Origin: Octopus sinensis
Lineage: Eukaryota
Direction of reading: 5' to 3'
NCBI RefSeq assembly: GCF_006345805.1
Contig: NC_042998.1
Span: forward strand, 56,978,001-57,042,000
Length of the DNA: 64,000 nucleotides
Position 1 is the first letter of the stretch. The number at the start of each line of letters is the position of its first letter. Made by a program: the position numbers and the translations under genes. Positions 51,511-64,000 of this stretch are shown here, piece after piece. Under the pieces are notes generated by a model. It saw nothing but the letters and a program-made list of their open reading frames with translations, was not told the DNA's origin and did no database searches.

Positions 51511-51559
51511 TTTGTTAACTATATTCCAACGATGGAGCTTTGTATCTTTATTAGCAGCT

Positions 51560-52110
51560 AGCTCCTTTCTCGGGGAGGAAGAATTCAAATAATTATAAAC
51601 AGGAGAACATACATAACTGGCAAACCGTCGGTTACGACGAATCTTCCAGTTGAGTCGATCAACGGAACAGTCTGCTCGTGGAATTAACCTGCAAGTGGCT
51701 GAGCACTCCACAGACACACGTACCCTGCCGTTCAAGAATTTGGACCTGGAGATCTCCATTTCCAGCGACTTCGAGGGCCACCTCCCAGTGGTGTCGGACG
51801 TCAACGAAGAGCCCTCGACTACAACAAGACGACCGAAGTTTTTTTTTTCCCAAGGTCTGAGGTCTCCCGCCCCTAAGCCCTAGACCATCACCTAATCACC
51901 CTTACCCGTTTTGTTGCTTAACAACAACAACAACAACACGCGTACCCTTAACATAGTTCTCAGGGAGATTCGGCTCAGAATGTGACAAAACTGACCTTTT
52001 GCATTAAATGTACAACTAATTTTTGCCAGCAGGGTGGACCGGAGCAACGTGAAATAAAGTGTTTAATCAAGGACACAACACACCACTATGTATCGAGCTC
52101 ACAACGAGCT
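51560..52110 (-). mobile_element. Family C-type SINE interrupted by an insertion
   Basis: GGAGCAACGTGAAATAAAGTGT...CAAGGACACAAC matches 2045-2211; the sequence resumes after the 51727-51935 insert. Confidence 0.65.
51727..51935 (+). mobile_element. 209-bp unidentified retro-insert with (AAC)n tail and 13-bp TSD
   Basis: ACACACGTACCCT (51714-51726) and ACACGCGTACCCT (51936-51948) flank a GC-rich segment ending in AAC repeats. Confidence 0.72.
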
Positions 52111-54631
52111 CACAGACACACATGCATGCATGCATATATGTGTATAATACACACACATACACAGATACAGACACGCATATACATACGTATATATGTACTC
52201 ATACGTCGGTCTTCCACGCAGTTTTCTTCTACCAAATCTACTCATAAAGTATTATATTGCTACATATAATCATTACAAGGAAAGTATTAACTGTTATTTA
52301 GCAGCTTCGGTTTTGTCAATCTTGTCAGATGAAGCAGATACTTCGAAGTAACTGTCATTTTTTAGTTTGTAAAAATGAAATACATATGATATTCTAGGAA
52401 GATATGTTAAATAATCTTATAGTAGTAGTTATCGCCATGCTAACTTGGCAGTCCAGAAAAATAGGACGAATGCTGCCATTAATTAGTTCCAAGAGGCCAT
52501 CGCCTCACGCTAGCTATGTGACACAAGAAGGGGAAGCTGCTGACCTCCCCTGTTCGAAGGTTATAATGGACACAGGTTTGTGTGTCACACAGCTAGCTAG
52601 ATGCGATGGCGTCTTGGAGCTAATCAACGACAGCATTCGTCCTATTTTTCTGGACTGCCATGTTAGCTTGGCGATAACTATTAATATCCAGTACCGCTGC
52701 CGTAGTCTCCTTTAGAGAGAATTAGAAATAATGTACACATACAAACACTCGCTCACGCATATATATATTCATTATAAGCAAATAAATATATGATTATATA
52801 TATCCATAGCCATATGAATTAGCTGAATCATTAGAACTGATATACGAGTACCTGCGAGTGATAGCATTACGCCTAACGTACATATTGACCATGAAATTGT
52901 GCTTGTTCAGCATCAAAAGAACAAAGTGCTGTTCTCATAGCCATTGCAAGGCTTACAGTTCTGGCAAGACCATCGAAGGAATTTATATTTAGCTTGAGCT
53001 TCTATAAGCTGACGTATGCAAGAAATATTTTGGCGATATGGGATTACAAAAGGGTTGCGGTCCTGTAGAGAAAGGATTGTCTGTAGTGATTAGAGATACG
53101 TTTCGGTGATGAGATATATATAGATGTTAAAAGTTTGTCGGGAGGATGTAAGTAGAGGTGGTTAAGTATCTAGTTTGTATCTAGAGAAACTAGTATCTAA
53201 AGAAACCGAGGCTATTGTAGAAGCTTTAGAAGCAGAGAGAGAAAACAGAACAAACATCTGCTTGGCAATATATATTGGTCAGGGAATCGTTCCTAATCCG
53301 TCATAAAACCATATTTTACATGCAGTCAAGAACTTTTGTGTCTATAGCAACAACACTGTGTCTGATGTATAAGATATATTTCACAATGAGTCTTCCTTGA
53401 GTCAGTAAATGATTAGAAGTGAAATATTTTCTATTCCTGAAAAGAATAGCAATGGCTAGTCTTGGGGTGTGGCTACTAGTTCTTTTAATTCTCTACTAGT
53501 TCTCCACTAGTTCTCTTAATGCCTCTCATCGGTGAAATTTGAACTCAAAATTTACAGAACCGGAACAGATACGGCAAGGTTTCTCTTCTGATGTTCCAAC
53601 AGGTTCGCATATACACTGTCTAGAACAGGTATTTTACTTATCGACATGGAAAGGATGAAAGGAAAAGTTGACCTCGGTGAGGTTTGAACTAAGAATGCAA
53701 AGAACTGAAACAAATATCGTCAGAGAATTCTCTCTAATACTTCAGCGACTATGCCAGTTATTCACCTCTGCCTATTAGAAAATCGGAAAACAAACATGTT
53801 TGATTCGAAGTGACTCGGCGTTACATCAGTGTTAGAAATCGTGCATGCATCGTTGGGTCTCATATATAATATTGAATACATCTATTCTCGTTTGTTACTG
53901 ATTCCGGATAATACTACGCCCAATTGTGAACCGTGATACGCTCTCCACGAAATTGATCTGTAACAATACGGGACAGCAATCACTCGAAGATTATGCTTGG
54001 ACCGCAAAAGCGTGCTCCACCCACAATGCTCACAACTTGGTGCTTCAGAACGAAACTTTTTTCCTCCATGTGCTTTGTTATTCGTTTATCACTGATTCAT
54101 TTAACACGTTTTTTTTTTTAAACGACACACTCGCAGTGAACGAGGATAGATGCATAATTGAAAAACTATGAATGGGAATTAACATTTCAGTTAGTAGGTA
54201 AAACCTTCTACGGGTGTTTATAGTTTTAAAAAAACAAGCAAGGGAGATAACTACAGGATCAACTAACTAAAAGTTTTTGGGAATTATTGATGCAGATGGG
54301 TAGAGATTGTGTTTTAAAAGCCAGCTGGTGAAAGCAACGAACGAATTCATACACTTGATTCTATGAAAATGAGCGAGGAGTTATAATGCGAAGGCTAAAA
54401 TAAGAGTTCCCTCCCTTGTTCAGGTATTTGACGGAATAGCTGAATATATGGACTGCATATATTTAAAAACAAATTTGCTTTCATTTTCTTAATGAAATAA
54501 TAAAGGGTATTTCATGATATTTACACAAAACTGTTCGACTAAATAGTCTTTTCCTTTTGTTTTTTTACTTTTCTTTTTCGCTTTTACTTTCTTTTCTTTT
54601 TACCAGTTGCTTAGTAATAATAATCCTTTCT

Positions 54632-54800
54632 ACTAAAGGTGCAAGGCCTGAATCGGGGTTGAGGGCTAGTCGATTATATCGACTCCAATACTTGACTGGT
54701 ACTTAATTTATTGACACATGAAAAGATGAAAGGCAAAGTCGACTTCGGCGGAATTTGAACTCAGAACGTAAAGACGGACGAAATGACGCAAAGCATTTAG
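54632..54800 (-). mobile_element. Family E copy
   Basis: GATGAAAGGCAAAGTCGACTTCGGCGGAATTTGAACTCAGAACG. Confidence 0.78.
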
Positions 54801-54919
54801 CCCAGAGGGGGAATGAAAAAAAAAAGAGAGAATTATTTTACGACAATGACCATTAGAAAACCACCCCCACTCATTACTAACAGCATAGCGAATACACCGT
54901 TTGCAGTATCACACACACA

Positions 54920-54950
<31 letters not shown>

Positions 54951-55051
54951 CTCTATCTATCTATCTATCTATCTATCTATTTATCTATTATATAAGTCAT
55001 GTATTGCAAACCGTAAATGCACTGATGATGAAGGTAGTGGTGATAGAGATA

Positions 55052-55214
55052 GTGACTGTGGTGGTGGTGACTGTGGTGGTGGTGACTGTGGTGGTGGTGA
55101 CTGTGGTGGTGGTGACTGTGGTGGTGGTGACTGTGGTGGTGGTGACTGTGGTGGTGGTGACTGTGGTGGTGGTGACTGTGGTGGTGGTGACTGTGGTGGT
55201 GGTGACTGTGGTGG
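55052..55214. repeat. 15-bp minisatellite (GTGACTGTGGTGGTG), about 11 units
   Basis: Seen directly. Confidence 0.95.
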
Positions 55215-55781
55215 TAGTGGTAGTGAAGGTCATGTAATGATCAGCCTCTCACACTATCTCTCGCGTATTCGTCCGCTCTCATCTCTGACCAGATTGTAAA
55301 ATGTGAAGATATGTATTTGCAAATACATATATTCATACACGCATAATACACCCCCTACACACATATCGTTGCTATTATGCAAAAGTGTCGTAAGTCCAAA
55401 ACGTTGCTTTTTCAGGAAACGAAAAATAAGTTTCACCATTCCATAGCAAAACAGTTGTGCTACACTTTGACGATGTTTGATATCTTGGCATTCGAAACAG
55501 CTGGAGGTACGATAGTTTGACCAAAAGAACCGGCCATTGCAAGCAAAAATAAATATTGAAAGAAACGTATTTGGCCTAATTTGAACTTACGACAGTTTAC
55601 CATAATAGCAACGACACACACACACACACATATACATATACTAGATTACCTGTGACCTGTTGGGTCACCGGAGTTTTGTTTGGTGAGTTAAATTGTTTTT
55701 TTTTTTCAATGTTATTTCACATGTATTCAACGAATGTGACATCAAAATCACGCTTAAACGACTCCTTTCACCCAAAAGGAA

Positions 55782-55896
55782 AGATTTGGTTGTTATTTCT
55801 TGCACGCCCTGCTACCACGTAACAGGTATTTCGGGTCGTTTATCGCAAATAGCTGTTACGTGGTAGCATGGTGTGCTAGAAATAGCAGCCAAATCT
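55782..55896. repeat. 44-bp-arm hairpin of the CTAGAAATAGCAGCCAAAT dispersed repeat
   Basis: Arms 55782-55825 and 55853-55896; the motif recurs near 2850, 21960, 25290 and 45750. Confidence 0.75.
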
Positions 55897-56191
55897 CTGG
55901 CGGTGAGATACGTTGAATACACTCGATAAAAATCAATGGAAAAAAAGCATCGAGGTTTCGAACGGGTCTTTTACGAAATATTTACTGTAACAGTTAAGTA
56001 ATTTTCAATTTTAACTCTTTAAAACATACAAAAAAATTTTTTGTAATAGTATTTATTTGAAAATAATTTTAAGAAAACCATTTAAATATTGTCTGTTTAA
56101 AGAAAGCTGAAAGATAAATACTTACTGTACAAACAACTTACATTTTTGAAATCACATTCACTAAAAAATATTTTTAAATGATGAAAATATT

Positions 56192-56420
56192 ACGGAGATG
56201 TACTTGCATAGTAAGTGACTTGATCTGAGAACGTGTGCTAATTCAAAAACAATTGCAGCGTGGGAAATGTTTGTTAGCCATTTAAGAACACACAAAAACC
56301 GTTAGGTTCACTTCAACATTTAAATTAAATTTGTGTCAAAATATTTTCGTCGCTTTGAGACCGTGACTTGTTTACTGACAAAACTTCGTGCTGTGTTTAG
56401 CAAAAGAGAAAATAGAAACA
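56192..56420 (+). repeat. Unfolded copy of the repeat at 22329
   Basis: ACGGAGATGTACTTGCATAG...GCTTTGAGACCG...CTGACAAAA. Confidence 0.85.
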
Positions 56421-57026
56421 TATGAATGAGAACGGAAGGGGTCGACGTTTTTTTTCTGACAGAGTGATAGAAAGAGAGTCCGATGACTACGTGTGTGTAT
56501 GTGTCACAGATAACATACGTGTGTTTGTAGTGATTCACACAGCCATGACATTCATTATATGTGTGTGTATTCTGTATGTATGTAGAGCCCAGGGAAGCCA
56601 GGGATTTTTCGTCAAGAAATTACAAACAAAAATTGTGTTTAATCTTTTTCATTAATAAATAGAGGTCCAAATATCACAAAACCTCGTACTGAACAGCATA
56701 AAGTATGAAAATAGATGTGTAAAAAAATGAGATAAAATATACTGTTCCTGAGATATTTCGGGAACAAACAAACATCTTCTACAGTTTTAACATTATTAAG
56801 ACTAAAAAAAGAAGTATGGAAAACCCTACAGATTATATAACAGCTGATTATTGCAAATGAATAGGAATCATCTATTGTTGGTTTTTCATCGCTCTAGAGG
56901 CTCCAATATCGATTTTTTAAAATCTAAGTAGCCTATGTTCAGATCTGGGATACGAAGCAGCTGTGTATAAAATTTTAAAGAAATCAGATGAAAGATGTAG
57001 AAATTATTGAGGGACATTAAATTTTT

Positions 57027-57112
<86 letters not shown>

Positions 57113-57414
57113 CAATGTTATTGATATTAGATATAACAAAGAATATAAATATTAATTTGTATGAATGTGCTTTAACTTGAGATATGATTAAAGTCTCCGG
57201 ATTATTAAAGGAGTTGTTTACAAAGGGACAGGTTCGTATCTACGTATGTATATGTTAGGGGCTGGAAAAGAATTGAAACCTTGGTTTCCGGAATATGACA
57301 TATCAAAAATTCCGTCTAGCTTATTTACGGCCCACTTTCTCTCGGCTCTCTCTCTCTTTCTGTCTTTATGTCACACTTTCTCTCTCTCACTTTATGTTAG
57401 TATCTTTTATCTTG

Positions 57415-57537
57415 TCTCTTGTGCTTGTTTTAGTCATTAAACTATGGCCATGCTGGGGCACCGCCTGGAAATAATTTTAGTCAAATTAGTCAACCCCAGT
57501 ACTAATCCTTTGTTAAGCCTGGTACTTAGTCTATCGG

Positions 57538-57583
<46 letters not shown>

Positions 57584-57752
57584 ACGCTCGCACGCACACA
57601 TACACCCACACACACAACGGGCTTCTTTCAGTTTGTGTCTATCAAATACACTTACAAGCCTTTCGTTGACCCGAGGCTGCAATAGATTACACTTGCTCAA
57701 GGTGCCACGTAGTGGGACTGAATTCGAAAACATGTAGTCGGGGAGCAAGCTT
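57415..57752 (-). mobile_element. Diverged SINE family A
   Basis: GGCCATGCTGGGGCACCGCC tail motif and AAGGTGCCACGTAGTGGGACTGAA head motif. Confidence 0.75.
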
Positions 57753-57813
57753 CTTATATATATATATATATATGCCTGTGCGTATATATGTATATATTCA
57801 TATATACATAGTT

Positions 57814-58150
57814 AAGGCGCATAGCTCAGTGGTTAGAGCGTCGAGCTTACGATCGCGAGGTTGTGAGTTCGATTCCCGACCGGCCTGTGTGTTGTATTAT
57901 TGAGCAAAACACTATAAATTTCGTTGCTCCAGTTCACTCAGCTACAGAAATGAGTTTGCGACGTCACTGGTGCCAAGCTGTACTGCCTTTGCCTTTCTCT
58001 TGGATTACATCCGTGGTGTGGAGAGGGGAGGCTGGTATTCATGGGCGACACCTGGTCTTCCATAAAGAACCTTACACGGACCTGTGCCTCGGAGGCTAAC
58101 TTTCTTGGTGTAATTCCATGGTCATCCATGACCGAAGGGGTCATCTTTTT
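57814..58150 (+). mobile_element. SINE family C with an alternative tail (duplicate at 58981-59320)
   Basis: AAGGCGCATAGCTCAGTGGTTAGAGCG...GAGTTCGATTCC head, GCTCCAGTTCACTCAGCT core, tail ending CATGACCGAAGGGGTCATCTTTTTT. Confidence 0.82.
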
Positions 58151-58163
58151 TCTATATACACAT

Positions 58164-58343
58164 AGGTGCAGGAGTGGAGGAGTGGCTGTGTGGTAAGTAG
58201 CTTGCTAACCAACCACATGGTTCCGGGTTCAGCCCCACTGCGTGGCATCTTGGGCAATTGTCTTCTGCTATAGCCTCGGGCCGACCAATGCCTTGTGAGT
58301 GGATTTGGTAGACGGAAACTGAAAGAAGCCTGTCGTATATATG

Positions 58344-58376
<33 letters not shown>

Positions 58377-58597
58377 TTGTGTGTCTGTCTTTCTTCCCCT
58401 AGCATTGCTTGACAACCGATGCTGGTGTGTTTACGTCTCCGTCACTTAGCGGTTCGGCAAAAAGAGACCGATAGAATAAGTACTGGGCTTACAAAAAGTA
58501 TAAGTCCCGGGGTCGAGTTGCTCGACTAAAGGCGGTGCTCCAGCATGGCCGCAGTCAAATGACTGAAACAAGTAAAAGAGTAAAAGAGAGTAAAGAG
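58164..58597 (+). mobile_element. Full-length SINE family A (duplicate at 59332-59760)
   Basis: Complete head, core and (AGTAAAAG) tail. Confidence 0.9.
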
Positions 58598-59894
58598 TAT
58601 ATTTGCCTATGTATGTATGTATGTATGTATGTATGTATGTATGTATGTATGTATGTATGCATGCCTGTATGTATGCATGCATGTATGTATGTGTGTACAT
58701 ATACATGCCTACATACATACACATATACACACACACACACACACACATACACACGCTCGCACGCACACATACACACACACACAACGGGCTTCTTTCAGTT
58801 TGTGTCTATCAAATACACTTACAAGCCTTTCGTTGACCCGAGGCTGCAATAGATTACACTTGCTCAAGGTGCCACGTAGTGGGACTGAATTCGAAAACAT
58901 GTAGTCGGGGAGCAAGCTTCTTATATATATATATATATATGCCTGTGCGTATATATGTATATATTCATATATACATAGTTAAGGCGCATAGCTCAGTGGT
59001 TAGAGCGTCGAGCTTACGATCGCGAGGTTGTGAGTTCGATTCCCGGACCGGCCTGTGTGTTGTATTATTGAGCAAAACACTATAAATTTCGTTGCTCCAG
59101 TTCACTCAGCTACAGAAATGAGTTGCGACGTCACTGGTGCCAAGCTGTACTGCCTTTGCCTTTCTCTTGGATTACATCCGTGGTGTGGAGAGGGGAGGCT
59201 GGTATTCATGGGCGACACCTGGTCTTCCATAAAGAACCTTACACGGACCTGTGCCTCGGAGGCTAACTTTCTTGGTGTAATTCCATGGTCATCCATGACC
59301 GAAGGGGGTCATCTTTTTTCTATATATACATAGGTGCAGGAGTGGAGGAGTGGCTGTGTGGTAAGTAGCTTGCTAACCAACCACATGGTTCCGGGTTCAG
59401 CCCCACTGCGTGGCATCTTGGGCAATTGTCTTCTGCTATAGCCCCGGGCCGACCAATGCCTTGTGAGTGGATTTGGTAGACGGAAACTGAAAGAAGCCTG
59501 TCGTATATATGTATATATATATATATGTATGTGTGTGTGTTTGTGTGTCTGTCTTTCTTCCCCTAGCATTGCTTGACAACCGATGCTGGTGTGTTTACGT
59601 CTCCGTCACTTAGCGGTTCGGCAAAAAGAGACCGATAGAATAAGTACTGGGCTTACAAAAAGTATAAGTCCCGGGGTCGAGTTGCTCGACTAAAGGCGGT
59701 GCTCCAGCATGGCCGCAGTCAAATGACTGAAACAAGTAAAAGAGTAAAAGAGAGTAAAGAGTATATTTGCCTATGTATGTATGTATGTATGTATGTATGT
59801 ATGTATGTATGTATGTATGTATGTATGCATGCCTGTATGTATGCATGCATGTATGTATGTGTGTACATATACATGCCTACATACATACACATAT

Positions 59895-59925
<31 letters not shown>

Positions 59926-60056
59926 CACATATATATATACAGTATATATATTTAGATTTAAAATGAGGGTGAGGAATTTGATATTAATTTAATTAATATC
60001 ATTTTAACACCAGTGGTGTAGCATATAAAAAAAATGAAGGTTCAGTAAAATTGTAT

Positions 60057-60212
60057 TATATACATATGAGAGGGAAAACCACTATATGGATGCCCTTATG
60101 CTAGAAGTAGATCCGCTATGGTCTTACCACATTTCTTAGTGGTAAGATCATAGCGGATTTACTTCTAGCATAAGGGCATCTACATAGTGGTTTTCCCTCT
60201 CATATGTATATA
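60057..60212. repeat. 74-bp-arm hairpin, 8-nt loop
   Basis: Arms 60057-60130 and 60139-60212; resembles the outer ends of 8915-9680. Confidence 0.92.
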
Positions 60213-60231
60213 TATATATGTGTGTGTGTGT

Positions 60232-60265
<34 letters not shown>

Positions 60266-61460
60266 CACATACGCCTGGGTACACATACACATATATACGT
60301 ATTTACGCTTTTATTGTGTTTTTCCTCTTTCATTTGTTTCAGTAACACACTACAAGCTGTACCAAAGTCTGAGAGTGTTTGTCGAACAAATCGCCTGAAT
60401 TTAAGTTCTGTTTTTAGAACTGCTAAGTTATAGAGAAGTAAACAAACCAACACCGTCTGTCAAGTGGTGACAAACTCAAAGAAACACACACACACGCATA
60501 CACACACATACTCACATACACCCACACACACACGCAGACAAATACACTCAAATACAACGAGTCTCCACGGAATTTCACTCTTACAATTTCACTCAGAAGC
60601 CATTGATCGGCCTGGGACTATAGAAGAAAATATTTGACCAAGGTGTGGCGGAGTCAGATTGAACCCAAAGCGAACATGTCGACTACAGTTTTACCTGTGT
60701 CTAAGATTAAGCTCACGCACACACATCCCCACGTTTATACATTGGATTGTGCTTTAAGAGTATTTCGTTACACACACACGCACGCACACACACAGACACA
60801 CACACACATACACACACACACACTCACACACACACACACGTATGGTGATTGCTGTCTCTTCATAGATGATTGTCGTCTCCTTGTGCCTCTTTGTTGTCAA
60901 TGGCATTTCTGACTTTTTAACCATGACCTCTCACGTAATTATTCCATCCTGTTGTAGATCTGCATGATTCGATGCACTGGTACAGCTGAATGTTGTAACT
61001 TACTGTGTGCTACCAACTGATTAGTTCTGCACACGTACCGGCTCTTCCATCACCATAGGATTTCCGTAGATGGAGTGACAAATGAAGTCGTCATAAAGAT
61101 AGATCTGTACGTCATTGTAGTTTAATAATAAACGTTGTAGAACATAAGTGTCACTCTCTGAATTTCCGTGATTAGTACCTAGTTACAGGCCGAAGTGAAA
61201 TGACCATTAATTACACGAAGCCTCAGGTTTTACACCAGAGTGTCCATTTCTTAGAAGGATTCTGGGATAATAGCTTGTAGTCCCTCACTCGCGGTGGTTA
61301 TATTGAGCGCCCTAACCAACCAGAGGTACTTGTACGTCTCCGTGCTCAGAGGAAATGGCATCAACTATTCAAGTCAACTCATGTCTGGGACAAAATTCCC
61401 CCAAATGAAATGAAACTGGCATTCCCGCTAGCCTTTGCTGAGACGTTTTTCGTTTCTGTC

Positions 61461-61517
<57 letters not shown>

Positions 61518-61523
<6 letters not shown>

Positions 61524-61660
61524 AATAAATGCACCCTTTTGAAGCCTAGCCAGACTCATGGGCTCGGTTTCCCGGTTACAATGGCGTATGTGTTCCCCAG
61601 CTGGACGGGATGCCAGCCTAACCACGAAGCCACACCCTAACCACGAAGCCACGCGCCTCC
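61518..61660 (-). mobile_element. Internally deleted SINE with a duplicated A-box segment
   Basis: CCTAACCACGAAGCCAC repeated (61617-61633, 61636-61652); no B-box; CATCCCGTCCAG core and tail follow directly. Confidence 0.65.
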
Positions 61661-61807
61661 GCATAATATATATACATAATAATACATACATACATACATA
61701 CATACTACATACATACATACATACATATAGATATATACATACACACACACACACATACATACATACTACATACATACATACATCATACATACATACATAC
61801 ATAATAC

Positions 61808-61869
<62 letters not shown>

Positions 61870-62044
61870 TATATATATATATATATATATACATATATAT
61901 AGGATAGTGATAAAACAATGCACCAATATTTACTGGAAATAGGAATCGATAATATAACTGATGGTTCTTTGTTTTACCGGAAAACAATACTACTGTATTG
62001 TAATATTCTTCTCTCTCTGTCTGTCTCTCTCTGTATATATATAT

Positions 62045-62080
<36 letters not shown>

Positions 62081-62611
62081 CATACATATGATGTCCATAC
62101 AAGATTTTATCTCGAACGAAACCTGCTGTAGCATACATGTTAGCAATAAATATGCGTTCAGTATGACATATAAATAGCTACATGAAACGTAAGTGTAATC
62201 ATTTCCTTTTCCTTGAAACTCTTACTTTTCTACAAAACAGTTGATATATAAGGTTCGTAAACAATTCTGATCAGGTTCAAGTATTTACACATATTATTGA
62301 CATTCACAGCTGAAATTAGTGGCACTTCACAAAATGTAACAATGACTGTACAAAGAGGCCATTTGTTTTCTTTGGCTTGCAAAAATAAATAGCTACAACG
62401 ATTATCCAATTTTTGTTATTACAAGTAATTTTAGCAAGCGTCTTCTGCCTATTATTACTAAGTGAAAAATATATAATCAATGCAATGTATATTTGTCTGA
62501 GTTCGTGTATATGTGTACGCTTGTGTGTATGTCTCTGCGTCTCTCTCTCTCTCTCCTCTCTCTCTCTTTCTCTCTCTCTTCCCACATACATATGTAAATA
62601 ATGTTTACATT

Positions 62612-62681
<70 letters not shown>

Positions 62682-62696
62682 AAGTACCAGAATCTG

Positions 62697-62927
62697 TTTC
62701 TTTATTACCCACAAGGGGCTAAACATAGAGGGGACAAACAAGGACAGACTAACGGATTGAGTCGATTACATCGACCCCAGTGCGTAGCTGGTACTTAATT
62801 TATCGACACCGAAAGGATGAAAGGCAAAGTCGACCTCGGCGGGATTTGAACTCAGAACGTAACGACAGACGAAATACGGCTACGCATTTCGCCCGGCGTG
62901 CTAACGTTTCTGCCAGCTCGCCGCCTT
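62697..62927 (-). mobile_element. Full family E copy with 19-bp TSD
   Basis: TATCAAGTACCAGAATCTG at 62678-62696 and 62938-62956. Confidence 0.92.
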
Positions 62928-62937
62928 ATCTGGTACT

Positions 62938-63125
62938 TATCAAGTACCAGAATCTGCATATCATAGCCATCAGCGAGACCAGACTCCACAGCCCGCGGGC
63001 CCTCTAGCACATGTTCGGCGAACATTTCGACATTTATTTTTCTCCGTGTCTGCCAAGAACGGGCGGAGGTGGCACCGCGGTGCTTCTTCGGAAGAGTCTG
63101 AACCTGAGGTTTAGAGGAGTAATGG
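62938..63125 (+). pseudogene. APE endonuclease fragment, L1/Tx1-like
   Basis: KYQNLHIIAISETRLHS*...IYFSPCLPRTGGGGTAVLLRKSL. Confidence 0.6.
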
Positions 63126-63784
63126 CTGTGCTTTTCGACTGATAATAGTTTATACACCGTCCTTAACAGACTCTTATATTATATAATATAATATTTCAAA
63201 ACCGATGTTCATATTTATGCTCATGTATGATGTAACTGAAACGTTTCAAATGCAGAAATAGAAAATTTCATCCTAAAACGCTGTGCCCTGCTAATGATAT
63301 AATGTGCCATACACATGGAAACAAATTACAGTATTTCAGGGGATACCTATGTGTGGTGGACGTCAAAGATAGAAAAGTTGTAAAATAGATAATAACGTGA
63401 CTGTTGCATCTGTCTATGTGTTTAAATCAATAATTAAAGTAATATTCTGAAAAGGACAATACTGGACCAGGTATTGCCTGTCTTAGGATTCTCAATCGTC
63501 ATAATTTAGAGAGGTAGACATCATAATACAAGAGGATGCTTACTTGATAAGAAACCTGTTACCATGGAGCTGGAGTTAGTGATACGACTCAATTGTGTTG
63601 ATCGTGACTTACTGAAAAACAGTTTACCAAATTTGTGTAATGGGCCTCATCTTATACATCAGCCATACACAATAGTCTTAAACTTGGACAGGATCTGTTA
63701 CTACTGAAATAATCGACGGATATCCCCTCCACCGATTCCAAAGCTCAGTGTAATCTTAAGAAACATTTTCAGGTATCTGGAGTT

Positions 63785-63945
63785 GCATCTTGTTTCGGAG
63801 TGCATTCGATCGCGTTACAGCAATGAGTTTGGGAATGGAAATCTGTTGCCTACATTTCCAGATTTCTTTCATCGGTGGAATAGAGGTATGCTTAGATCAA
63901 AAATCGAGGTGTTTGATGCTGACTTGAATGTATAAAAGAGAGAGA
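63785..63945 (+). pseudogene. Ty3/gypsy RNase H remnant
   Basis: ASCFGV...LQQ*VWEWKSVAYISRFLSSVE*RYA*IKN matches the DAS..G.GAVL.Q...PVAY.SR.L...E.RY..IEKE pattern. Confidence 0.65.
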
Positions 63946-64000
63946 AGTTACTCATGCAGCGAGAAAAGAGTTAGAGAAGGGCCATCTATTTCCCTCGTTA

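Larger units (their letters stand above)
57580..59915. repeat. ~1.17-kb two-copy tandem duplication (about 57580-58750 and 58751-59915)
   Basis: Same order of SINE A head, SINE C, SINE A and (TATG)n; copies differ mainly by single-base indels. Confidence 0.93.

Noticed and set aside
54901-55299. ORF with (DCGGG)n resembling a Gly/Cys-rich structural protein
   Set aside because: A perfect 15-bp minisatellite with no synonymous variation, embedded among other microsatellites; no supporting exon context.
57814-57890. tRNA-like sequences (also 38422, 2140-2211, 58981)
   Set aside because: No paired acceptor stem, and each continues into a SINE body; these are SINE heads, not tRNA genes.

Overview
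AT-rich, microsatellite-dense eukaryotic non-coding DNA with no recognisable host gene exon. The SINE families and (CATA)n/(TA)n/(CA)n load suggest an octopus genome (inference from pattern recognition, not a database search). Nearly everything interpretable is transposon-derived: two CR1-type LINEs on the minus strand (one 5'-truncated and dead; one apparently full length, ~4.5 kb, with a Myb/SANT-like + tandem CCCH ORF1), RTE, R4/Dong-type, L1/Tx1-type, Ty3/gypsy and Penelope-like (PLE) fragments, a Helitron-type element, a MITE with an 8-bp TSD, a probable solo LTR and many tRNA-derived SINE copies (my working labels A, B, C, E). The most striking signal: four long fold-back elements of largely unrelated sequence (8915-9680, 13307-13811, 15176-16707, 40315-40775) share one architecture, two tail-out inverted arms that each carry a type I hammerhead ribozyme core. 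One encloses a PLE GIY-YIG endonuclease and one has a tRNA-like head, pointing to a PLE-mobilised, hammerhead-bearing fold-back/SINE system. Also directly visible is a shared 3' stem-loop between a CR1-type LINE and SINE family A. Most short ORFs in the supplied track are microsatellite or palindrome artefacts. Repeat boundaries were read by eye and are approximate unless a TSD or inverted repeat fixes them.
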